From Octopus sinensis (Eukaryota): a stretch of 64,000 nt of DNA. Position 1 is the stretch's first letter; every line of letters begins with the position of its first letter. The stretch lies in assembly GCF_006345805.1 (NCBI RefSeq), contig NC_043001.1, positions 25,296,001 through 25,360,000 on the forward strand, written 5' to 3'. The position numbers and the translations under genes were made by a program. Of the stretch, positions 12,417 through 23,760 are shown piece by piece. The notes beneath the pieces are model-generated. The model worked only from the letters and a program-made list of their open reading frames with translations. It was not told the DNA's origin and ran no database searches.

Positions 12417-12921
12417 AATACTAGATAGGATTTCTCTTCCATTAAATGATCAAAGAACAACTGACAAGCCATCACAGAAAATTGTTCTGAACTAGAGAGG
12501 TTATTTGTAAGCAAAAAATTCTAAGCAAATGAATGCAATGATTTATATTCGTATGCATACTTTCTATATAGAGCAGATAGTATTTTGGTATAATCTAAAC
12601 ATACATCTCCCTTAGTACTATTAACAAAAAAGGAGGAGAGGGGGATGGAGAAAGCCCTTTTAATTATATAAAAGACTACAGGTAATGTTCTTCTTTAGTA
12701 CTTTTTTAATGGCTCTCTAGATTACATGCTACATTTTTGTTCATATACATGATTAAATGGTTTCTACAATATGTTGAACATTTTAAGTGGCATTAGTGGC
12801 ATTATGCCAATGTAATAAATAAATCCTTAGCGATTATTTGAAGGTGTATTCATTTTCATAATAGTTTTCATAAATCAATACTTATAATTTATATGATCCT
12901 GATTTCACATACTCTGTTCAG

Positions 12922-12945
12922 GAAAAGCCAGATTGGCTCCGATAT
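12922..12945 (+). CDS. Candidate 24-nt microexon EKPDWLRY
   Basis: tttcacatactctgttcag acceptor, AT|gtaagt donor, frame-preserving length. Confidence 0.3.
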
Positions 12946-13435
12946 GTAAGTATCATGACATCATGGGTGTCATAGAGAACATAAAAATGGGTGTAGGGTT
13001 CTAAAAAAATAGTTTTCAGGATAATTACAAACATATGTAAGTAATGTTTCTTCCCAAAAAGCAAATATCACATGCCTTTTTAGAAATTTTTCTTATGTCT
13101 ATGACCTGTTAAAACAGGGACAAAAGAAATATCTTTACAACTAGAAATATTTATCCTCTGAGCAACTAATATAGAATTTCCCCTTTCTGTGAGAATTATT
13201 TTTCTTTCTCGTAAATACCTTCTCGAAATATGTTTTATCTTTCAAGCATATATACATTCGTCATAGAATATAATTTCCTTATTGTCCTTAATGCTTATAC
13301 TTACAACATTTGTGAACAGGGCATTACAAATATGCCAAGGCATTACAAATATGATGTTTGCTACTCTTTCAACATTCTATCAAAACATTATCTTTTGGTG
13401 ATAAATAAATGTACAATGCATTTTCATTATGGGTA

Positions 13436-13600
13436 CAGGCATGGCTGTGTGGTTAAGATGTTTGCTTCACAACCACATGGTTTTAGGTTTAGTCCCATTG
13501 TGTGGCAACTTGGGCAAGTGTCTTTTACTATGACGCCTGACCGACCTAAGCCTTATGAGAAGATTTGGTCAATGGAAACTGAAAGAAGCCTATCATATAT
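13436..13600 (+). mobile_element. SINE family A/G head
   Basis: caggcaTGGCTGTGTGGttaag...ggtttagtccc...ttgggcaagtgtctt...ggaaactgaaagaagcc. Confidence 0.85.
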
Positions 13601-13602
13601 AT

Positions 13603-13802
13603 ATTACTCTTTTACTCCTATTTGTTTCAGTCATTTGACTGTGGCCATGCTGGAGCACTGCCTTTAGTCAAACAAACTGATCCCAGGATTCATTCTTTGT
13701 AAGCCTAGTACTTATTCTATTGGTCTCTTTTGCCAAACTGCTAGGTTACAGGGACATAAACACACCAGCATCGGTTATCAAGTGATGGTGAGAGGAGAAC
13801 AT

Positions 13803-13849
<47 letters not shown>

Positions 13850-13984
13850 ACAAATCCACTCACAAGGCTTTGGTTGGCCTGAGGCTATAGTAGAAGACAT
13901 TTGCCCAAGGTACCATGCAGTGAGACTGAACCCAGAACCATGTGGTTGGTAAGCAAGCTTCTTACCACACAGCCACTCGTATGC
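13603..13984 (-). mobile_element. Full SINE family A
   Basis: Reverse complement of the 28067-28480 consensus, including the central (TA/CA)n. Confidence 0.9.
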
Positions 13985-13989
13985 ATTCC

Positions 13990-14140
13990 TAACCTTGCAG
14001 ACTCATGGGTGCTGGTACCACATAGAATGCACCCATACTAGTACCACATAAACACACCTGTGCCAGAGCTGTTTAAAAGCACCCAGTACACTCTGTAAAG
14101 TGGTTGGCATTAGGAAGGACATCCAGCTATAGAAACCATA
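13990..14140 (+). mobile_element. Family C fragment
   Basis: aaagcacccagtacactctgtaaagtggttggcattaggaaggacatccagctatagaaacc. Confidence 0.75.
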
Positions 14141-14365
14141 TATGTATCTGTGTGTTAGTGTTTCATTATCTTGACATTGCATGATAACTGTAAAGTATCA
14201 CTGTTACGCAAGTGAAGTTCTACATTTCCAATCTTCCCTGGAAACTTGGGGAAATAGATGAGGGTTGGTGGCAGGAAGGGCACCTCGCCGTAAAAAATTT
14301 GCTTCAACAACAAATTCCATCCAACCCAATCAAGCATGGGAAAGTGGACATCAAACCAATGATGA
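14140..14365 (+). mobile_element. SINE family G 3' part
   Basis: cttgacattgcatgataactgtaaa...ttggaaataga..ggttggtggcaggaagggcacc..ccgtaaaaaatttgc...caagcatgggaaagtggacatcaaaccaatgatgat. Confidence 0.7.
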
Positions 14366-14709
14366 TAGCTCTCTTAGTAATTAATATATTTCCCTTGCAG
14401 AGTGAATTAAATTACTTGACAAACATTGTTCACCTTTATTTTGGAACAAACTAATTAGTGACCAATCCTTTGTTATTATTTCATTAAAATTGTCCCTAAT
14501 CTACATAAATGTTGACTGTCACCAACACTAATTACTCATATTTTTACATCCATTTTTAACTCATCTCAACTTGAAATTACATCCTAGTTGTTCTGTTTTC
14601 ATTGATGAGATTTCATTTCTACAGAATGTCCTACTTAAAGTACATGAACTTGCCTGTTTATAAACACAAACAGTTGAGGGTATGAGCTGAACATCCACAG
14701 TCACTAAAG

Positions 14710-14979
14710 CAGTGGTTCTTGACTGGGTGCCATATGGCCTTAATAGGGTCCACATAAGATTTTTGTTAAAATTTGAGCAATAAATTGCTAAAAAATTGCT
14801 TATACTTCTACAATATACAAAATATTTTATCTGTTTTTTAAAAATATTATTCCAAATGATATTTAATAATAATAATAATACACTAGGATTTTTTTAAACA
14901 CTGAATGGCTATGAGGGTCCACCAGAGTAAAATATGAATCAAAGAGGGTCCATAGATAAGAAGTGGTTGAGATCTACTG
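14710..14979. mobile_element. hAT (Charlie-like) MITE
   Basis: TIRs CAGTGGTTCTTGAC / GTTGAGATCTACTG; 8-bp TSD cactaaag/ctctaaag (7 of 8 match). Confidence 0.8.
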
Positions 14980-15211
14980 CTCTAAAGGAAGCTTAATATC
15001 TAAAGGAGTTAAAGACCAAACAATGATGAACCTTTGACAAGCCACATATTTTTTACCTAAAACCAAAAATTCCATTGTCTGCATAAAAAAATTTGTCATC
15101 ACTGACCCAAGGTATATTTTATGGGCAGGAAACCAGTACACATCAACTTGGTCTGTTGTATGCAACTAATCAGTGTGCAAGCTGTATAGTAAATGTTGAA
15201 GTGGTCACTCA

Positions 15212-15410
15212 TCATTATTGTTGTTTAATGTCTATTTTCCATGTTGGCATGGATTGGGTGGTTTGACAGGAGCTGACAAGCCAGATGACTGCACAAAGCT
15301 CCAATGTCTGCTTTGGCATGGCTCCTTTTGGCTGGATGCCCCTCTTTTATTGCCAAGCACTTCACAGTATACTGAGTGCTTTTTTTTTTTTTTTTACATG
15401 GCAGGAGCAC
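15212..15410 (-). mobile_element. Family C element
   Basis: catcattattgttgtttaatgtctattttccatgttggcatggattggg...ctggatgccc. Confidence 0.75.
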
Positions 15411-15419
15411 TTGTGAGGT

Positions 15420-15665
15420 CACCTAGTACTTATTCTATTGGTCTCTTTTGCCAGACCGCTAAGTTACAGGGACATAAACACACCAGCATCGGTTATCAAG
15501 CGATGGTGAGGGGAGGACAAACATACACACACACAACAAATCCACTCACAAGGCCTTGGTTGGCCTGAGGCTGTAGTAGAAGACACTTGCCCAAGGTGCC
15601 ATGCAGTGGGACTGAACCCAGAACCATGTGGTTGGTAAGCAAGCTTCTTACCACACAGCCACTCA
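15420..15665 (-). mobile_element. SINE family A, 3' end missing
   Basis: cctagtacttattctattggtctcttttgcc...ccacacagccactc. Confidence 0.88.
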
Positions 15666-16311
15666 ACTGAGGGAAGGGATGTCATTGTTTGGAGGTAGTT
15701 TTATACCAGGTGATGAGAGGTTAAGGTATGATTAGAGGGACAGAAACAGGTGTTTTGAAGTGTGCATTCAATTAACAAATGGAAGCCTTCTTGGAAATAT
15801 TAAATGTTCTGCTAGCTATATAATATCATTAGTTTTGGAGGTAGACCTACTAATGGCAACATATTATTCAAGTAACTTGGAAGAATTTTAGAGGATTTCT
15901 ATCCTTATTTAAGATAATAAAAAGATTGTCTTTTTATGTTGAAAGCAACATGATATATAATAGTTAAAAATGAGTTATAAATTCAGAGGACAACCTGATC
16001 AAAGAAAAACAAGTATTTATTTATCATTTTTTAATGTATATAATTTAATCTCTAGGTGACATTTTAAAACCCATTAAATCTGAGTCTGTATCATCAATAA
16101 TGATATTCATCTAACATAAAATCATTTTCTATAAATATTTGTTGAAGATAACATCTAGATCCATCATTATAAATGATAATTATAGAAAACACAGTGCAAT
16201 CTTTCTTCCAAATTGCTCTGCGTTAGTTGAGTAAATACGTTTTAATACAGATTCACATTTTTTTTATAGTCATTCAAAAACCTCAGCTATATTATCAAAT
16301 ATGTATGCTCA

Positions 16312-16410
16312 CATCATCATCGTTTAACGTCTGCTTTCCATGCTAGCTTGGGTTGGACTGTTCGACTGGGGTCTGGGAAGCCAGGAGGCTGCACCAGGCC
16401 CAGTCTGATC
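16312..16410 (-). mobile_element. Family C 3' tail fragment
   Basis: catcatcatcgtttaacgtctgctttccatgctagcttgggttggac...gcaccaggcccagtctgatc. Confidence 0.85.
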
Positions 16411-16581
16411 ACTGTTTATTTTCAAAGTAGTGGATAACTATCCCTTACCTTAATAGTAGTGTTTGGCAATTTTTAAGAAACATTTTTAGATGTTTATTTT
16501 ATACAAGAGATGTATTATTTCCTCTAAAATCTATATAACACCCACCTTCATGCTTAAAAATGCTAGTTAATGCTAGCCAAG

Positions 16582-16797
16582 CCCTTTTGTTGCCATATTT
16601 CTGTTGAAATACATTGCCTTTGTTTCAACTAATTCTAAAAATAGCTGAGAATTTAGTAAAATAACTGTCATTAAGTTGGTATTTGGAACATAAATTAACG
16701 TGAAATTTAGATGGGAAGTTTTACTCTAGGTCACTTTAAAGCAGGAAGTAATACTGTCGAACCAGGGGTGGTCTCAGGTGGGTTGGTGTCAAATGGG
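16582..16797. mobile_element. TTAA MITE family 2, degenerate
   Basis: ccctttt..../aaatggg-ttaa ends; internal gaatttagtaaaataact..ggaacataaatt shared with 33629-33840. Confidence 0.6.
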
Positions 16798-17211
16798 TTA
16801 AAGTTAACTTTATTAGTTATTTTAAACTTTCTCAAATGAAATACTAGTCTCCTGAGACTGAGTATTTCATTTGAGAGAAATTTTTTTTATTTTGCCTATC
16901 CAAAGGAAAAACAACTTTATACAGAAGAGAAAAAAATGAAACTAAATCCTTGGAGACTGGGTCTCACAGATGAAATGACACAATATTGAGATGTTGGGTA
17001 ATGTGCAAGCTTACTCAGCTTCTGCTGACATAAAGAAATAATTGCTGAAGTATTAACAATGATAATAATGATTACCTGGCCTTAATACCTTAATCACTTC
17101 TCGCTTTTTTTTCTCAACAGTTGCCCAAGGCCACTTAGCACTCTATATAGTACAGGATTTCTTATACTGCTTAAGAAATGCTGTACATCTACTGATAATG
17201 ATTCTCATTAC

Positions 17212-17231
17212 CTGAAAAGAGTCCCACTACA
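17212..17231 (-). CDS. Candidate 20-nt microexon (S)VVGLFS(A)
   Basis: Acceptor attcttttccccttcaaag, donor CAG|gtaatg; phase 2 to 1 bridges the 22378 donor to the 5049 acceptor in frame. Confidence 0.35.
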
Positions 17232-18741
17232 CTTTGAAGGGGAAAAGAATATTGTCTTCAGTTTCTAACATGTTTAAATTTATCTCTAAAGGAATCCTTT
17301 TTCCAACTGGGCTATAATATCTGAAATAACACACCTAAAATAACATCTGCTAAAATAGTGCTCTTAAGAAGAGCACCATTCAGAAGAAAATAAGTCTAAT
17401 ACTACACTATTTTAGCATCATTTAAAAATAACATACTTTTGAATGACATTGATAAAAATACACTATTAACTCAGTCATTTACAATTTGAGTTGTTTATAA
17501 AACTATAGAATATCAGCATACATTTGTATGCCTATGTACACTTAGTCTCTTACTCAAAGATAGCACAGTCCTTCCTGTTTATACTCTGAAAGACTTAAGT
17601 TAGAACTAAGTCAATATAATATCAACCTGATGGCACTGTTGCTGTATTGCAACTTATCCCAAGCTTATTATCCAGTCCACCTAGTTGTTTATAGGTAGCC
17701 TAAAGAGGTACAACTCACCACTGTAAGCAATTAGAATCATGTGTAATTGACATGAACTTCTTTAACTTCCAGTTGTTATCTCAAATTCTGCCTTGAGTAC
17801 AGTGTGGAGAGAGAGAGATAATCTTTACCAGTCTAATGTCTTATAGTACATAAATACAATCTTCAGTGGTGTTCCCTGAGTCTAACCAGGTATTTTGAAA
17901 ATCAAATATGGATTATAATATTTATAGCAAATATTTGTTGCTGTATTCGTTTTATTTTGGGATTTTAAGATGAGTTGGACTTGATAAATATTTTTTCAAA
18001 TCAAATTCAATACATAACTGAGTTCATATAAGATTGACTTTGAGTTAACCCATCCATGGCCACTGTCAATAAATTACACAAGATTGGCATTTTTGCATCT
18101 TAGACTTAATATCTTTATTCTCACTCTCTCACAAGTGTACAAAATGTTAGTTTTTATCTCCTTCCTCTTTGTATTAGTTTTTACAGAAACAGATTAATAT
18201 CATATCCACATGGGTGGAAAAAAAAACATGCTTATTTGTACTTAACAAATTATAATTTTTTTTTCTCTTTCCATCAGTTGGTGTTGTACTTGAATTTTAA
18301 CCCTATCGACTAGTTTCTTCAGATTCTCCTATTTTACTACACAACAAAATTGGTATTGTACATAGTGAAAAATATACTACTCTAATGTACTTGTCATTAT
18401 CCATCTCTGAGGATTGCAAGCTGAGCTTGTAGCTTGGTTTCAATTTCTGGTTGTAGTCATTTCTCTTCTATTGCTAATAATAACCCCTTGACAGATATGA
18501 TCATCTGTCTCCCTTTTTCTCCTTTCCCTAAAGATATCTTTGGTCTGGATAGTAGTACTGTTAACCTTGTAGTAATAGTCAGACATTGCAAGTTTGAGAA
18601 AACCTTACATTCATTCATTCCTTGCATTACAGTTATGGATGACCAACTAAATCACAACACCACCAATAACAACGTTATTCTTACTCTGTTAACAACAATT
18701 CTAGGATAGCCATTAGTGTCTATAAATGGCCCTAAAATAAT

Positions 18742-19110
18742 ATTCATCATCATCATCGTTTTAACATCCACTTTTCCATACTTGCATGGTTCAGACAATT
18801 TATTGTGACAGATTTTCTTCAATGAAGTGTCTTTCCCTGTTTCCAAGTAAGGTGATATTTCCTCTTGTCCTGACATGTTTCCATAGAAAATTGTAACCAA
18901 GCAAATGGCATCGCTGTATGATGGTAACACTCACTTATAGATAGCTATTATGTGATGTGAAAACAAGAAGGCACAAACACACACACTCACTTACATGATG
19001 GGCTTCTTTCAGTTTCTGTCTACCAAATCCACTAACAAATTATAATCCACTTGATGGGCCTGGGGTTATAGTATGAGACACTTTGCCATACAGTGGCACT
19101 GAACCTGAAA
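18742..19110 (-). mobile_element. SINE family G (A-type head with RTE-type tail), degenerate
   Basis: catcatcatcatcgttttaacatccacttttccatacttgcatgg...tttccaagtaaggtgatatttcc...gggcttctttcagtttctgtctaccaaatccact. Confidence 0.75.
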
Positions 19111-19172
19111 CTATGTCTGTTACTCTGAATAACTAGAATACCAATTAGATATCAATCCCAACCTACAACACT

Positions 19173-19238
19173 CTCCAACTACTGCCCACACCAACACTTC
19201 TACTCCAACTACTGCCCACACCAACACTTCTACTCCAG
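19173..19238. repeat. 30-bp tandem repeat, about 2.2 copies
   Basis: ctccaactactgcccacaccaacacttcta at 19173 and 19203, partial third copy at 19233. Confidence 0.9.
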
Positions 19239-19749
19239 CTGCTGCACTGTTTGTCTATTTACACTCCTTCCAAAATAAAGCTGTTCAAATTTAAAAGATT
19301 AATTCCAAAATAGCATTACTTATGCTCTGCCAAACTTAAAAACATTGAGATATCATATCCACATACATAAAAAAAAAACAACTTTTTTTTAACCATTTCT
19401 TACATTTAATAAAATATAAATTCTATACTTTTCTTTTCTCTTGGTTGTTGTTTCACTTGGGTTTGTTTTTTTTTTTTCGACCATATCAAACTCTTACAAT
19501 AAATTAGTAACAGACAGAATATTTGGAAGCAGTCTTAAAATTTAAAACCTTATGCCATGATTCACTTTGGCTTTTTTTCCTTTTCAAATGTTGAATGGGA
19601 AACGGATAAACCCATGCAAAAAAGTTATCTTCAGACCAGAGGCCTAGCTTGAATACTATCCACCTGAGTAGCCTCCACTAAAGATAACCAATGGTCAGTT
19701 GGTGGTGGTGTTAGACTGAGTAACAATTAAAATCTACCAACTAAAAACA

Positions 19750-19960
19750 GTGTTTTGACGGTTTGTTGTTGTTTAGTAATACGTTTGGCCTTGGTTAAGT
19801 GGTCCTATGATCAAAACATTCCAATCTACACTTTCCTGTTTTTCTTTTAGCCATCCTCTTTCTCATAAACACCACGCCATCCAATGAAATCTCAACGTGC
19901 CAGCTTGTTTAAGACAGTAGAGTGTGACTTGAGTGAAATATCGCTGCTATTTCTAATAAG
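19750..19960 (+). repeat. Old dispersed repeat family F
   Basis: Motifs ggccttg.t.aag..g.cctatgatcaaa...gacttgag..a.at.gctgctatttcta recur at about 8850, 21085, 23680, 31425 and (reverse) 54620. Confidence 0.55.
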
Positions 19961-22377
19961 TCTCTGGCTGGGTTGCACGGACACGCACAGACACCCCTTT
20001 GTATCTTGATTGTAAGGCATGATACACTGTGATGGTCTGCATAGCAACAGCAGCAGATAGCTTCGTCAATATTTTCAAGTTATTCAATTTGTGACTCTTT
20101 GACTTGTTTCAATAATCCTTTTGTGATGACTATGTCTGTCTAACAAGGCTGTCTGCCTTTGTTAATTTTCAAAATAAGCGAGAATTAGGAATAGTTTAGG
20201 TTAAAGTACTTAAAAGAATTCGTTTTCGTTTAGTACTTATTGAAATATTGTATTATCTTTCATGTATTAAAACTATTTCAGCCTAAGATTTTGAATTAAA
20301 ATTTCAGCATATTCAGTAAGAGGCACTTACAGGCGGGACGATATTAAAAATATTCCATGATGCTAAAGGTATACCCTTATGGTAACTGGTTTATTTTGCA
20401 GTTTAACATTTTCGAGATATCCAACATATTTTATAAATGGCCCATCACACACTTTAAACAAGAATCATATTTATTGTTGGTGGTATTGGCAGACATTATA
20501 TATTTAATTCTGTTTATCTACCTGTCTCAGCTTTCTAGCAATCTTTACCAACATGTTTACAAAGGGTCCATATCTTTGCTAATGAACTGTGTATGGGCCC
20601 TAAAACTCAACTTATAGTAATTTCAATTCACTAAGACACGTTACTCATATTTCGCTGTTGTTTTTTTTTTTTTTTTTTCTAAATCGGTCCTCCGACCGGA
20701 CAGGGCAGTCCAAGATGTACAGACGAATTGGTTCGGATAGTTAATATTTTGAAAATTGAATGCCACATATCTGCTTCTCTTTCAAGACACGCGAGTCGTG
20801 TTTTAGCAGCTTATTCACAGAATGTCTGTGCTCAAATCATCTGTCCTTACAAATCACGAACTACGTCTTGATTTAACTTTAGAATTTAATAATCATGCCG
20901 ATAGTTTGTTAATGTGGACCGCTAAAAGTTTTCTCCATTCACATTTCATGTATTTTATGTATGGTTTAAAATTTAGGTTTCTTTATACTAAAAAAAAAAA
21001 AAACCCAGCAGTTTTACACATATCCTGATTATATTTTTTAATCAGATAAATGAGTTTTGCTTTCATGAGCTGAATGTAAACTAATCGCAGTCTAGCCTCA
21101 AATTAACCCTGATCAAGCAGGCCTATTTCAGCTGTAAACCTCTCGTCTTTTGTATATTAGAAACATTGTACAAATTACCCTTTAGGAGGTAGGATGTAAT
21201 TTGAGGAAGATTTTGGTTGTTATTTATAGTTAAGCAGAGCAACCGCTTAAAGGTTCTCTCATGTTATTTAAAGAGTTTAAAATAACTCCTTTTCTTTTAC
21301 TGTTGAGATTTTTTGTAAGTTTTCTTAATATAATCTAACATCTGTATATTAAACCTTCAGTAACTATACCAGAATAAGGATCATAGGAACAAACTGAAGA
21401 TCACAAGAGTAAATTTTAAAATATGAATCCATGAGTAAAAATTGAGATAATGTTTTAATATGATTTATTCAAATTACCACAAACATTTCACAAAATTTAT
21501 AAACTACTTGTCAAACATTCTAGGGCATTTTTTTAATAATTAGAATTTACTTTTGAAAGCGAGAGAAAACACTCGGTAAAATTATTTGTTCGATCAAACA
21601 CCTAGGTGCGTATTTCATACCACTTGAAGGCTTTCTTCCTTTTATCGAAAGAGTCCAGTCGTCGCACCAGTCGACTGCTTTTACGCTTGTGGTTCCATTA
21701 CCGGCATATATTTAATTCACCACCAAATGAATGGAAGAAGGTTGGATTGACCCTCCCAGAATTTTACACTGACAATCAGAAGTAATCATCCATTCCACCG
21801 GTAAAATGGCAAGATATTTCCCTTTCAGTGGGTGCCTGAAGGGTCTGATTTCGCCCACCTAAATTACATTTTTCTTTTCTTTTTTATGTAACCTATTCCT
21901 CTTTAATCGTAGTTAAATATTAATACAGTATATATATATATTATTTAATCATGAATTACGTGATGAGAGATTGTCTTAATTTCTCGGGAGACCCTTCACT
22001 GACCTATTTTAGAATTATTTCGTGTATCACAGAAATAATGTTCATAAAGTTTAGAGAAATTGCACTTGAAAGTATTCCTATTTCTACATTATGGATTTGA
22101 ATAAATGTACTCTTCTCGGTGATTTTTGTCAGTTCGAGAACACGACCGGGAAGAAAAATAAATTGGAATTAAAATAAATCGGTCTGCTACTAACAAGTAT
22201 TGTGACCCAAACTAATAAATGTAATGACTATTATTTAAAGATTCTCATTTATTATCTGTAAATCTAGTAGAATATAGCGTGACCGCAGCACGTTTAAGTT
22301 TAATTTAAATAAGCATGTGTTTGCTATGTACGAGCGGTGGTAGGTACATATTCAAATCAATTTAAAATCTTTCTTAC

Positions 22378-22472
22378 CTGCAATAAAACATAAAAAAGCT
22401 AAAATTATACTGGTCAAAGCCGTCTCTTGTGTAGATGGAGGAGGATCTGTAGTTTCCATAGTTTGCTGTTCA
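22378..22472 (-). CDS. Candidate first coding exon of the Cys-rich gene (MNSKLWKLQILSIYTRDGFDQYNFSFFMFYC in phase 2; overlapping phase-1 frame ends TSIILAFLCFIA)
   Basis: Consensus donor CAG|gtaaga at 22377; lies just downstream of a CpG-enriched region; both frames can give a signal-peptide-like sequence when joined to 5049. Confidence 0.4.
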
Positions 22473-22499
22473 TATGATCAGTGGATGTGAGATAAAAAC

Positions 22500-22830
22500 T
22501 CTGGCGATGCTGACAACACAACTAAGCTATTAAGAATCTCGGTGCGTTGTGACTATAATGTATGTAGTAGTGACAGCGAGCGGTAGTAGCAGAAGCAGCC
22601 ACAGTGGCAATGGAACAGTTTTATCAAATGAGAAGCATCAGCTTAGGTATTGCTTGTTTATATGTGCTTCTCTTCCTCTCTCTCACTCATCCTCTCTTTA
22701 AATCAATGGAGTTCGTTATAGGCCGAGAGTCCGCGGAAACAAATGATAGTTTGTGTGACGATAGACAGACAACACGTCACGGAAATTCGTAAAACTGAGC
22801 GGAGCCCTTCTCCAAAGAAATAGGAAATGT
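22500..22830. promoter_or_regulatory. Probable promoter / 5' UTR region
   Basis: Local CpG enrichment (agcgagcgg, ggccgagagtccgcggaaac, cacgtcacggaaattcg, gagcggagc) with ETS-like CGGAA and CRE-half CGTCA motifs, in otherwise CpG-poor DNA. Confidence 0.45.
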
Positions 22831-23679
22831 ACTGTACTGATTAATTGTAAATAACGAACGTAGCAAACAAAGAGGAGATGGGATGGGGCAGACAGAGGAT
22901 GATAGGTCACAGGTTGGGTCGACGAAGAGAAAAGTGGATCTGAAGAGAAGGAAGATAAAAAGTTAGGCATAACATAGTTGTACACAAACAAGCATGTAAT
23001 TACACACACACATACACTCACACGTTTATTCAAGTGAGGTGAATAGGCTGAAGATGCGATAGTAATTATACGCTCTCACACGGGGCATGGCCACTTACAT
23101 ACAAATCTTTGCATATACATATAGAGTGCGTGAGGCAGATAAAGGAGAAAGAAGAATGCGATGCAACAAATGAAAAAGTAAATAGGTTCAGAAAAAGTAA
23201 GTAGGGTCTGGAATGGGTCAGTTGATGGAGAAAAAAAATGTAAGAAATGTTGTTTGCGCTAAGTGCAAACAAGCGTTACAAGAATATAGACCAAAGATTC
23301 GAAAGAGGAAGTTGTGGTTAGGAAAATGAAAAGCTGTCGTTAATACCAATTGAAGAAAAAGTACCCAAGATGAAGATGAAATGCTTCTTGTTTATGCTGA
23401 TATAAGAAGATCCATGGAATAAGTGGTCTGTAGACTAGTCTGACAGCCAACAAGTTGGGAAACTCCATATAGCGGCAGTGGTCACCCAAATAGAAACCCC
23501 CTTTCGCTTACATATATTGCGGTAAAATACGGCAGATGAGTTTCTTGTTTAACCATAGAAAACTACACGAATCGAAGAGACCTTAGTTTTAAAAAAACCC
23601 TTGTGTTTATTCAAAGGCCCATTTCGTCTTTCTTTTTTTTTTCTTTCTTTTTTTTTAGGCCCTGACTTTTTTAAGAGGG

Positions 23680-23760
23680 TATGGTTTCATCTGAGTAAGA
23701 TTTTGCGCTGCTATTTCTAGCAGGTCGTATGACCACGTACTTGGTTCCCCCGTTGGTTCA
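23680..23760 (+). repeat. Family F fragment
   Basis: ctgagtaagattttgcgctgctatttctagcaggtcgtatgaccacgta, compare 31580-31630. Confidence 0.6.

Noticed and set aside
13230-13667. 145-aa plus-strand ORF
   Set aside because: Runs through two SINE copies; no protein-like signal.
14576-14700. Phase 1-1 minus exon candidate TVDVQLIPSTVCVYKQASSC...
   Set aside because: Its acceptor tract comes from the adjacent hAT MITE and the donor is weak; inclusion spoils the signal-peptide reading.
17716-17800. Minus-strand donor (GTG|gtgagt) with an upstream pyrimidine tract
   Set aside because: All frames closed; at most non-coding.
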